Notes: generated by a model not told the origin, from the sequence alone. Counted from the stretch's first letter, positions 8,100 to 16,522 are shown. The stretch is 64,000 nt of DNA from Candidatus Collierbacteria bacterium GW2011_GWB2_45_17 (GCA_001001485.1 LCKO01000004.1:4761-68760), one strand, 5' to 3'. Numbers and translations: made by a program.

Positions 8100-8849
8100 A
8101 TGACGGATTCAAAAGTAAAAACAGTAGATAAAAAAATTGATGTTTACGAAAGACAAGCTGTTCTTTATGATGAAATATATGCGTCTCAAGGCAAAGACTA
8201 TCAGGAAGAGGCTCGTCAAATACACAATGTTATAGATAGCCACAAACGTTCAGATGGATCGCAGCTTTTGGATGTTGGTTGTGGAACGGGTGGTCATTTT
8301 CCCTTCTTGTCTAAATGGTATAAAGTAGAAGGTTTGGATTTAGATGGGCATATGTTGGCGGTTGCCAAAAGACGATTTCCAGATATTTCTTTCCATCAGG
8401 GAGATATGGCCAATTTCAATTTAGAAAATCAATTTGATGCTGTAACTTGTTTGTTTAGCGCTATCGGCTATACAAAAAAAGCTGAAAGTATGCAGAAGTC
8501 TATCGTTAATATGGCCAAACATGTAAACCCAGGAGGAGTATTGGTAGTAGAGCCTTGGTTTTCTCCAGATCAGTGGACTGTGGGTAGACCATCTGCGGTT
8601 TTTGTTGATAAACCAGACCTAAAAATTGCCAGAGTAAATATTAGCGAACAAAGAGATAATGTTTCTGTAATTAATTTTCATATTTTAGTTGCCACTCCAG
8701 GAAAAGTTGAAGAATTTACTGAACTCCACGAGTTAGGATTGTTTACCAAAGAACAATATCTTCGAGGTTTTGAAATGGCCGGGTTAAAAGTAGAACACGA
8801 CCCAAAAGGCATTACTGGTAGAGGATTGTATATTGGTTTGAAAAGTTAA
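8100..8849 (+). CDS. Class I SAM-dependent methyltransferase (TylM1/Methyltransf_25-like)
   Basis: Motif I LLDVGCGTGGHFPFL, motif II/post-I LDLDGHMLAVAKRRF, FDAVTCLFSAIGY. Confidence 0.8.
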   Translation: MTDSKVKTVDKKIDVYERQAVLYDEIYASQGKDYQEEARQIHNVIDSHKRSDGSQLLDVGCGTGGHFPFLSKWYKVEGLDLDGHMLAVAKRRFPDISFHQGDMANFNLENQFDAVTCLFSAIGYTKKAESMQKSIVNMAKHVNPGGVLVVEPWFSPDQWTVGRPSAVFVDKPDLKIARVNISEQRDNVSVINFHILVATPGKVEEFTELHELGLFTKEQYLRGFEMAGLKVEHDPKGITGRGLYIGLKS

Positions 8850-9059
8850 CAATACTTTTATTGTTTGCTAATACACTAAGGGTAATTTGAGATCAGTATT
8901 TAGCTATTTGAAGCTAAGCTGTGCCACTCCAGGCACGAAAGTGCCACACGAGCCATCACAACCGTAATACTGCTATTGCTCTTGAGAACCCCGCTGGAAT
9001 TGTTTAATCTATAAGTAGATAGTCATTACAAACGGTGACTTACTATGATATGAAACAAA

Positions 9060-9074
9060 CCACCTTCGAGGTGG
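9060..9074. promoter_or_regulatory. Palindromic motif CCACCTtCGAGGTGG, copy 1 of 4, 87 nt upstream of the 9161 CDS
   Basis: Inverted repeat CCACCTC/GAGGTGG; extended shared context caaaccaccttcgaggtgggataggggtgggg with copy 2. Confidence 0.6.
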
Positions 9075-9160
9075 GATAGGGGTGGGGTATTAGAGAAAAA
9101 AAGTTTGAAAATAGTTCGGTCTACTCACTACAGGTCGACCCAACCGGCGGGCAGGGTTTT

Positions 9161-9862
9161 TTGGGATGTTATGATTTATTTATGGGAAAGTTCGATTGTG
9201 CTCAAAAACAAAAAGTCGTCCTTAAGTGGATGAAGTGGGGACTGGTCCTCTTTGTAATAGCGGTATTCGCGATGTATGGATATTTTGACGGATACCTCTC
9301 CCGAAGGGTTGTTTTGTCAGAGCCTTCTTTGGTGACAACTGAAACGACAGCCGAAGTTTGTTACGAAAAATCGATGAATATTGAGTGTTTGGAAGGGTTT
9401 GGGTGTACGCGAGTTGAGGCTTTTTGTAACTGTATGGGAGGATCGAACGAGTTGGTAGAAGACTATGGAGCTTGCGTAATTGATGGGGATGAGTATACGG
9501 GAATATCCTTTCAAGAGCTGGAGCAGGGTTGGTATTGGGGAGTTCCTGATTACAAAAAGCCTGGTACGCCCAGTAATTGGGTTTTTAAAAACGATGGGAC
9601 TAGAAGTGAGGGTTGGTTCAGACCAGACCCGACCGAAAGCTCCGATTATATTCTTGAAGCCTCTGAGGGTTCTTGTGACGACAATGCACAGTGTCAATGG
9701 GCGGGAGAGGGTTGTGGTGGTGGACATGGAATGTGCACCAACAATCCGGAAAAGTATCAGGATGTAATAACCACTTGTGATATTAACGAAAACTTTCCGG
9801 CAAATCGTGGTTATTCGTGCGGGTGTGTGGTAACTCTTGGTAGGTGTGGCTGGAAGAGATGA
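9161..9862 (+). CDS. Cysteine-rich membrane-anchored/secreted hypothetical protein
   Basis: TM helix WGLVLFVIAVFAMYGYF, then a domain with at least 16 Cys (CYEKSMNIECLEGFGCTRVEAFCNCMGG ... CGCVVTLGRCGW). Confidence 0.45.
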   Translation: MGCYDLFMGKFDCAQKQKVVLKWMKWGLVLFVIAVFAMYGYFDGYLSRRVVLSEPSLVTTETTAEVCYEKSMNIECLEGFGCTRVEAFCNCMGGSNELVEDYGACVIDGDEYTGISFQELEQGWYWGVPDYKKPGTPSNWVFKNDGTRSEGWFRPDPTESSDYILEASEGSCDDNAQCQWAGEGCGGGHGMCTNNPEKYQDVITTCDINENFPANRGYSCGCVVTLGRCGWKR

Positions 9863-10034
9863 AACGGTATGAAAATTAGGGGTAGAGTAAAAGTAGCGAA
9901 GATGAAAACAAATCTTGATTTCCTGGCTGTTTATTTTGCGGCATCTCTTGTGGTGACTGTTGTCTCCCCGTTTTGGAGAAAAATGAGAAGGTTAAATGGT
10001 TAGAAATCGATTCACTTCTTTGGTTGTATACAAA

Positions 10035-10049
10035 CCACCTCCGAGGTGG
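10035..10049. promoter_or_regulatory. Palindromic motif CCACCTCCGAGGTGG, copy 2, 47 nt upstream of the 10096 CDS
   Basis: Exact 15-mer; a possible -35-like ttgtat sits immediately upstream. Confidence 0.6.
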
Positions 10050-10095
10050 GATAGGGGTAGGATACGCTTCCAGTGTGTCCTGCTAAGATATCTTT

Positions 10096-11028
10096 ATGGA
10101 TTTTGATAAACACAGAAATGCTCAGGAACTGAATTTGGGTGAAGTATCCAACTTTCTGGAAAATAATGGGTTTGTGGAAGTTAATCTCAACCAACAATGG
10201 AGACATATCACCGGTAGCGTGTTTAAAAATGGCACAAAACAATTCTTCAAATTAGCCTCAACCGAAGGTGTTGCCGAAAGAACGGAAAACGAGTTCGCAT
10301 GGAACAAATTGATAAACAACCGGCCGAAACTAAAACTACCAGTTTCGGTACCAAAGATTTATGAGTCAGGTAAATACAACGGCTTGTTTTGGTTTACCTG
10401 TGAATTTGTAGAAGGCACTCCGCTAGCTCAAGAATCTCAAAGTGGTGAAACGAAAAAACTTGAAAATAATCTATCAAAAATAGCGTTGACGGCAAAGATA
10501 ATTTTGGAATTCAAGTCGGATAAACACCTTCCAAATGATGAGAGAAAAAATGATGAGAAAGAAGATCCAAAAACGGTATTCTTGGACAGGATAAAGCATT
10601 GGATGGGTCAGTTTGATAATAACGTTGACGACCTATATGATTTCATTGAAAAACGGATTGAATATGGACTAAAAGCTCCCCAACATGGTGATTTCGTCCC
10701 CTGGCATATTTTTATCACGAACGAAAACAAACTTTTTCTAATTGATGGGGAACATTCTAGGATTGCGGGATTTAAATTTTACGATATCGCATATTTCTAC
10801 CATAGAGTTTATACAAAACTGAAAAGACCAGACATTGCCAACAAATTTCTGGAAGAATTTAATAACATTTATCAATTCAGTAAAGCAGACAAAGAATGTC
10901 TTGGATTAATTCTTGCCCAAAGAGTTATCGGTGGTTATTTTGACTCAAGTAAATGTGGCGAAAAAAATGTCTGCCTCCATGATGAACTAAAAAGAAAGAT
11001 TCTTGAGGGTAAAATTACTATTGGCTAA
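10096..11028 (+). CDS. Phosphotransferase-family (APH/choline-kinase-like) protein-kinase-fold protein
   Basis: HGDFVPWHIFITNENKLFLIDGEHSRIAGFKFYDIAYFY matches the APH catalytic-loop HGD.hp.N... and the ...lIDwE.. activation segment. Confidence 0.55.
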   Translation: MDFDKHRNAQELNLGEVSNFLENNGFVEVNLNQQWRHITGSVFKNGTKQFFKLASTEGVAERTENEFAWNKLINNRPKLKLPVSVPKIYESGKYNGLFWFTCEFVEGTPLAQESQSGETKKLENNLSKIALTAKIILEFKSDKHLPNDERKNDEKEDPKTVFLDRIKHWMGQFDNNVDDLYDFIEKRIEYGLKAPQHGDFVPWHIFITNENKLFLIDGEHSRIAGFKFYDIAYFYHRVYTKLKRPDIANKFLEEFNNIYQFSKADKECLGLILAQRVIGGYFDSSKCGEKNVCLHDELKRKILEGKITIG

Positions 11029-11053
11029 TTTTTTGATTGAAAAGGTTGAGGAA

Positions 11054-11094
11054 AGGTTCGAAAATCGACCCAACCACATCCACCTCCGAGGTGG
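11054..11094. promoter_or_regulatory. Composite repeat: aggttcgaaaatcgac + cccaacc + CCACCTCCGAGGTGG (palindrome copy 3), 37 nt upstream of the 11131 CDS
   Basis: Shares the 16-mer with 7471 and tcgacccaacc with 9135-9145; palindrome at 11080-11094. Confidence 0.6.
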
Positions 11095-11130
11095 GACAGT
11101 GTATTTTTAGTAAGATAAAGGTGGAATGTT

Positions 11131-11922
11131 ATGACACATAATAACAAAAGGCTCCCTGGCCTGTTGGCTCCTTTGATAATTCTTCTGATGTTTGGTGGTA
11201 TCTATGCTATTAGTAATCTCAACAAAGAGGGGGAGGAGGAAACTAAACAAATTAAGAACAGCGATATCAGCTATATTCCTTTTGGCGACTCTTTTACCAT
11301 AGGTTTGGGGGTGGCAGAACCTCATCGCTGGCCAAATATGATGGTAGAGAATTTTGCCAAGGAGGATATAAGTATTAAAATCCTTGAGAATCCTGCTGTA
11401 TCCGGCTATACCGTGAGGGACATGATTAATTTTGAACTGCCGATATTGGAAACCTTAAGGCCTGATTTTGTCACAGTGTTTATCGGCACAAACGACAGTT
11501 TTGTTCAAAAAGATGTTGTGGTTTTTGAAAAAGATTACAAAGAACTGCTTGATAAAATCCAAAAGTTACTACCGGACCCAAAAAGTATTGTGCTGATCAC
11601 AATCCCTGATTATTCAAAGTTTCCAGCTCTTAAACACTACCGAAGAATAAATTATTCAGAGTCTATCACCTCTTACAATGAGGTAATCAGGCAAGAATCT
11701 GTTGATCGAGATCTGATTTTGGCGGACATTTATCCAGTAAGCCAAAAAATGACTGACGAACAGGACTTTATACCGGATGGGCTTCATCCATCTGGGGCAG
11801 GGTATGTGAAGTGGGAAAGAGTGATATATCCGAAGGTGAGAGAGCTATTGCTCAAATCACCTCCGAGGTGGAATACTTTTGTGATGAAGTCTGTCCAGAC
11901 TGAAACCATCTTTTTTGGCTAA
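11131..11922 (+). CDS. SGNH/GDSL hydrolase-type esterase with N-terminal membrane anchor
   Basis: GDSFT (block I Ser), FIGTNDS (block III), DGLHPSGAGY (block V DxxH); N-terminal TM. Palindrome copy 4 (11857-11871) lies in its last 20 codons. Confidence 0.8.
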   Translation: MTHNNKRLPGLLAPLIILLMFGGIYAISNLNKEGEEETKQIKNSDISYIPFGDSFTIGLGVAEPHRWPNMMVENFAKEDISIKILENPAVSGYTVRDMINFELPILETLRPDFVTVFIGTNDSFVQKDVVVFEKDYKELLDKIQKLLPDPKSIVLITIPDYSKFPALKHYRRINYSESITSYNEVIRQESVDRDLILADIYPVSQKMTDEQDFIPDGLHPSGAGYVKWERVIYPKVRELLLKSPPRWNTFVMKSVQTETIFFG

Positions 11923-12688
11923 TATTTGCGAAGATTTGCATAGATATGGTAGAATATACATAGATATGACAAATAGCCTTATTTCGATCAGTAACATCGC
12001 CAAACAACTCGGTGTTTCAATAGATACCCTCAGGAGATGGGATAAAACCCATCGACTTCCCTCGACCAGAATTGGCCCACGGGGTCATCGCTATTATAGA
12101 CAAGCTGATATTGACCTCTTTTTACGAAATGATATCTACTTGGCCAGGCAGTGGGCTATGTCTACGGTAGGATCAACTCCACCATCTGAAGTATATTGCC
12201 AAACAAGAGATGTATTTCAGGTGAGGCTAGAAAGACTCCAGGGGCAACTCCAACGTGTCGTTCCCGAGTCAACAATGTCATTGTTGTGTGCAATCGCGGG
12301 TGAAATCGGGAATAACTCTTTTGATCACAACCTGGGTAATTGGCCAGATGTAACAGGAATATATTTCTCATTCGATTTGAGAAACGGGTACATTGTATTA
12401 GCTGACCGAGGTTTGGGAATATTAACAACCCTTAAACGGGCACTTCCCGAACTAAAAGATACGGACGAGGCGTTAAAAATAGCTTTTACAGAAACAATAT
12501 CTGGTAGGCGTCCTGAGGTTAGGGGAAACGGTTTGAAGTTTGTTAGGCAAGTTGTAATTGATAACCCATTCACACTCATGTTTCAAACAGGGGATGTATA
12601 TCTAAATCTAAAACAAAATGACAGGGATGTTATTATTTCTCATACGGACGGAAATATAAGAGGATGTTTGGCTATAATAAATTTTTAA
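11915..12688 (+). CDS. Excisionase/MerR-type HTH (HTH_17) fused to a GHKL (HATPase_c) ATPase domain, RsbW/anti-sigma-kinase-like
   Basis: HTH: ISISNIAKQLGVSIDTLRRWDKTHRLPSTRIGPRGHRYYRQADIDLFL. GHKL N-box EIGNNSFDH, G1 DRGLGI, G2 GNGLKFV. Alternative start at ATG 11966. Confidence 0.6.
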   Translation: MANICEDLHRYGRIYIDMTNSLISISNIAKQLGVSIDTLRRWDKTHRLPSTRIGPRGHRYYRQADIDLFLRNDIYLARQWAMSTVGSTPPSEVYCQTRDVFQVRLERLQGQLQRVVPESTMSLLCAIAGEIGNNSFDHNLGNWPDVTGIYFSFDLRNGYIVLADRGLGILTTLKRALPELKDTDEALKIAFTETISGRRPEVRGNGLKFVRQVVIDNPFTLMFQTGDVYLNLKQNDRDVIISHTDGNIRGCLAIINF

Positions 12689-12695
12689 AACCAAT

Positions 12696-12974
12696 ATGAT
12701 AATAGAACTAAAAAAATTCGGCACAGCATTGATATCCCGACCATCGGGAAAGGAAGCTTGGTTAGCTTTTCAATCATCTCTTAAGGATGTTTCAGAACAT
12801 GAGGAAGTAATAATTGATTTCACCGGTGTTTTGGTGCTCACACCATCGTGGGCGGATGAGTTCTTAACTCCTTTGAGGACCCGTTTCAAGGATAAAGTGA
12901 AATTAATGGATACAGACAATGCTTCTGTTGAAGCAACCATGACCATACTCGATAAACCGGTGGGGAATGCCTGA
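12696..12974 (+). CDS. DUF4325-type STAS-like domain protein (anti-sigma-antagonist-like fold)
   Basis: About 92 aa; ...ALISRPSGKEAWLAFQSSL...VIIDFTGVLVLTPSWADEFL fits the STAS_2/DUF4325 pattern (i.ldF.gV..lt.SF.dEl); 8 nt downstream of the GHKL gene. Confidence 0.55.
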   Translation: MIIELKKFGTALISRPSGKEAWLAFQSSLKDVSEHEEVIIDFTGVLVLTPSWADEFLTPLRTRFKDKVKLMDTDNASVEATMTILDKPVGNA

Positions 12975-14109
12975 AGGACTAGCCTTTATGAAAATTTATA
13001 ATACTCTCACAAAAAAGATAGACGTTTTTGCGTCTTTAAGGCCCAAAAAAGTATCGATTTATGTTTGTGGTATTACTCCGTATGACACGACCCATCTGGG
13101 TCACGCCTTTACTTATATTAGTTTTGACGCACTCATTAGATACTTAAAGTTTAAAAGATATGAGGTTACATACACTCAAAATGTAACAGACATAAACGAC
13201 AGAGACGGAGACATTTTAGAACGAGCCCGCCAACAAAATATCTCCTGGTCTACCTTGGCTACATTCTGGACAGATAAGTTTTTGGGTGACATGAAAGCTC
13301 TAAATTGGATTCAACCAACCCATTACTTAAAAGCGTCCGAGAATATAGACTCCATGGTTTCTCTGATCCAGAAACTTTTGGCCAAGGGAATTGCTTATAC
13401 CGGTAACAATAGTGTTTATTTGGACGTAACCAAGAAGAACGACTATGGCAAGCTTTCCAGGTTAACTAAAGAGCGGATGCTGAAAAAGGCAAAGGAATTT
13501 GAAGAAGACATAGATAATCCCGACAAAAGAAACCCGCTGGATATAACTTTATGGAAAGCGATCGATTCTAATCAACCCAGTCACATACCATCTTTTGATA
13601 GCCTGTTTGGCAAAGGTAGACCGGGTTGGCACATAGAGTGTTCGGCCATGAGCACCCTTTCTCTGGGGGAACAAATTGATATTCATGGAGGAGGGACGGA
13701 CTTGATTTTTCCTCATCATGAAGCAGAGATCGTTCAAAGCGAGGGCTCAACCGGAAAAATTCCCTTTGCAAAATACTGGGTTCACACCGGTCAAGTTTTC
13801 TACAAAGGAGAAAAGATGAGTAAATCAAAGGGAAATCTGGTGATGGTCTCCAGTCTTTTAGAAAAATACTCCTCGAACGCAGTTCGCTGGCTGATTTTGT
13901 CTCATCATTACAGAAAAAGATGGGAGTTCGATGAAGAGAAACTGGCGCGTGCTCAAAATAAAGTTGAGGTGTTAGAAGGCGACCTTCGTGATGGTAGCGA
14001 AGAAGAGTTTACTAAAATCATGGATAATGATCTCGATACTCCGAAGGCCTTAGAACTATTACTTCGTTCCAAAAACAAACGCGTCTACGACGTTTTAGGT
14101 TTTAGATAG
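12967..14109 (+). CDS. cysS: Cysteinyl-tRNA synthetase (short form lacking extended C-terminal domain)
   Basis: CGITPYDTTHLGHA (HIGH), WHIECSAM and FPHHEAEI (zinc ligands as in E. coli CysRS), KMSKSKGN. Confidence 0.9.
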   Translation: MPEGLAFMKIYNTLTKKIDVFASLRPKKVSIYVCGITPYDTTHLGHAFTYISFDALIRYLKFKRYEVTYTQNVTDINDRDGDILERARQQNISWSTLATFWTDKFLGDMKALNWIQPTHYLKASENIDSMVSLIQKLLAKGIAYTGNNSVYLDVTKKNDYGKLSRLTKERMLKKAKEFEEDIDNPDKRNPLDITLWKAIDSNQPSHIPSFDSLFGKGRPGWHIECSAMSTLSLGEQIDIHGGGTDLIFPHHEAEIVQSEGSTGKIPFAKYWVHTGQVFYKGEKMSKSKGNLVMVSSLLEKYSSNAVRWLILSHHYRKRWEFDEEKLARAQNKVEVLEGDLRDGSEEEFTKIMDNDLDTPKALELLLRSKNKRVYDVLGFR

Positions 14110-14126
14110 CGTGTTACAATGCTGTC

Positions 14127-15284
14127 GTGATAGAAGGAGAAAATTCATCGTTTTCTGGATTTTACAAAAAAACCATTTCCGAGAGAGTTGACCTGCTGTC
14201 TGCGAGAGTCGGACTAACAAAAGAAGAGAGAATGTCTTTCGAACAAGGGCTCAGTATGTTACAGGCAGATTTGATGATAGAAAATGTCGTGGGTGTGTAT
14301 GAACTGCCTTTGGCTATTGCCACAAATTTTGTTATCGATGGAAAGGAGACTTTAATTCCCATGGTGGTAGAGGAGGCTTCTGTGGTGGCCGGAGCGAGCA
14401 AGGCCGCCAAGATAATTTCTAAATACGGGGGGTTTATTACCGAAGCAGGGCCATCATTATTAAAAGGACAGATTCAGATTATTCCCCAGAACTTAGACTT
14501 GACTGTGATTAAGAAAATAATTGAGAGCTCTGAGAAGACTTTAGTAAAACGGGGAAATTCTCTGGTTCCTAATTTGGTGAAGAGAGGTGGAGGGGTTGTA
14601 AGCATAGGAGTAACAATGATATCCGAGACTCGCGTTGGCCCTATGGCGTCAGTTGATGTTTTGGTTAATATCGGCGAGGCGATGGGAGCAAATATTGTCA
14701 ACAAAATATGTGAAGGTCTGGCCGACGAGGTGGGTAAGTTGACTCAGGCTCGAGTGAATTTAAAAATTCTTTCTAATCATTTAGATCAACGATTGGCCGT
14801 GGCCCGATGTCAAATTTCTACCTCCAGTGAGGATTTGTCTCTTGAGATAGCTCAGAGAATCGTCGAGGCGCAAGTATTTGCAGAAGAAAGCGTTGACAGA
14901 GCGGTGACACATAACAAGGGAGTGCTAAATGGAATTGATGCGGTGGCATTGGCCACAGGACAAGATTGGAGGGCCATCGAAGCAGGAGTACACGCCTTTG
15001 CCGCAAGAGAAGGATACGGTCCCTTGACCAAGTGGAAAATTGAGGGAGATTGGTTGAAGGGAGAAATTAAAGTACCTTTGGCTGTCGGAATAGTTGGGGG
15101 AATAACTCAGTTTCACCCGGTGGTAGCAACTTGTTTAAAAATTTTAGGAGTCAAGACCTCCGGTGATTTATCGAGAATTATGGCTGCCGTGGGATTGGCC
15201 CAAAACTTTGCCGCTTTGTATTCCTTGGTAGGTGAAGGTGTCCAGAAAAGCCACGGGAAGCTCCACCGGAGAAAGCTTAAGTAG
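14127..15284 (+). CDS. mvaA: Hydroxymethylglutaryl-CoA reductase, class II
   Basis: ENVVGVYELPLAIA, VVEEASVVAGASKAAK, DAMGANIVN, THNKGVLNGIDAVALATGQDWRAIEAGVHAFAA, GIVGGITQFHP; aligns along the full length with P. mevalonii HMGR. Confidence 0.85.
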   Translation: MIEGENSSFSGFYKKTISERVDLLSARVGLTKEERMSFEQGLSMLQADLMIENVVGVYELPLAIATNFVIDGKETLIPMVVEEASVVAGASKAAKIISKYGGFITEAGPSLLKGQIQIIPQNLDLTVIKKIIESSEKTLVKRGNSLVPNLVKRGGGVVSIGVTMISETRVGPMASVDVLVNIGEAMGANIVNKICEGLADEVGKLTQARVNLKILSNHLDQRLAVARCQISTSSEDLSLEIAQRIVEAQVFAEESVDRAVTHNKGVLNGIDAVALATGQDWRAIEAGVHAFAAREGYGPLTKWKIEGDWLKGEIKVPLAVGIVGGITQFHPVVATCLKILGVKTSGDLSRIMAAVGLAQNFAALYSLVGEGVQKSHGKLHRRKLK

Positions 15285-15311
15285 GTCAAAATGATAAGAT
15301 GATTAATATAG

Positions 15312-16478
15312 ATGAAAATAAGAAAGAAGAAATGGCTAGGGGTTCGGCCTGAATTTTTGGTAATACTGGGATTGGTAGTTTTTGTGTTGGCGATGATTGA
15401 TCTTCGAGATTCACAAAGAGTTTTGGGAGATGCTCGCAGTGAAAAAAATGATGGTTATCGTCAAGATGACGACAATGAAGATGATAATAAAACTGACAGT
15501 AAAGATGAAGGAAACAAGGGGGATAATAAGAACAAAAAGACTAACAGCCAGGGTAATTATTTGATAATCACCCCAACAATTCTTCCAACAGTAATTCCGG
15601 CAATCCAATTCGAGATGCAGACGGGAATTCAACCGACGATAGGGGTGGTCCAACCGACGACTGTTCCAACAGTCACCCAAAAGGCTTCTTTGGAGACGGT
15701 GATGGATCAGCCCTCGATTAAAACCGTCCCGATATCCGGCACCTCAGTAATCTTTACCCCTTTGGTAGTCGATCCTACGATAAAGGTTGATAGCGCCGGT
15801 ACATTAATTAAATCCATAAAAAAAGGCATAGAATCCATTGGAAAAGGAACTGTGCGACCAACAGAAGTCCCCACACCAACCCCGACCACCAAACCATCGA
15901 TAACCAGTACAAAAATACCTGAAGTGGCACTGAATAAAATTAAATTGAAGTACCTGGTAAAAGGAGATCAGGTAATGTTGACGGCCGAGGATGAGAAAAA
16001 TATGCTGATATCTGTAAACGAGGACGATCTGAGAAGAGTGGAGTCGTCCGTGCTCAGTCGGTTGGAGAAAAACGGAGTGGTTTTGAGTTTGGCAAACAAC
16101 AACCAACTGGCTGTAAGTAAGGGAGGGGTAACCGCCATCACTGATTTACCAATTTCGGTGGATGTTCAATCGAAGTCCTTAATCGTAACGACGACGAGTG
16201 GAGTAAAAGAGGTGATGGTACTACCGGACAAGGCACTAAAAAACATTATCGATCTGGGAGTGGTGGCTGAGGTCAATTCAGGGGTGGTGCCAAAAATCGA
16301 GTATTCAGGAGGGGAGGTGCTATATAAGTTTACCGGCACGAAAAACTATAAAATGTTTGGTTTGGTAGAGGTGACAGTACCTGTTACAATTTCGGTTTCG
16401 GCGACTTCGGGAGACGAAGTTCCTGAGAATCAAGCCCTTATAACCAGGGTGGTGAGAAGGCTGTCGATTGTCAGATGA
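15312..16478 (+). CDS. Membrane-anchored hypothetical protein with Asp/Asn/Lys-rich low-complexity linker and Thr/Val/Pro-rich domain
   Basis: TM helix FLVILGLVVFVLAMI; DDDNEDDNKTDSKDEGNKGDNKNKK linker; repetitive PT-rich segments. Confidence 0.45.
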   Translation: MKIRKKKWLGVRPEFLVILGLVVFVLAMIDLRDSQRVLGDARSEKNDGYRQDDDNEDDNKTDSKDEGNKGDNKNKKTNSQGNYLIITPTILPTVIPAIQFEMQTGIQPTIGVVQPTTVPTVTQKASLETVMDQPSIKTVPISGTSVIFTPLVVDPTIKVDSAGTLIKSIKKGIESIGKGTVRPTEVPTPTPTTKPSITSTKIPEVALNKIKLKYLVKGDQVMLTAEDEKNMLISVNEDDLRRVESSVLSRLEKNGVVLSLANNNQLAVSKGGVTAITDLPISVDVQSKSLIVTTTSGVKEVMVLPDKALKNIIDLGVVAEVNSGVVPKIEYSGGEVLYKFTGTKNYKMFGLVEVTVPVTISVSATSGDEVPENQALITRVVRRLSIVR

Positions 16479-16522
16479 GAAAGAAATGTGTAGAATGAAG
16501 TTAGTTAATAATAAAAAAAATC

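Noticed and set aside
12967-14109. Possibility that the 380-aa cysS is a truncated pseudogene
   Set aside because: The HIGH and KMSKS motifs and all four zinc ligands are intact, and the ORF ends cleanly adjacent to the next gene. A short CysRS lacking the C-terminal anticodon-binding extension is plausible in reduced genomes.
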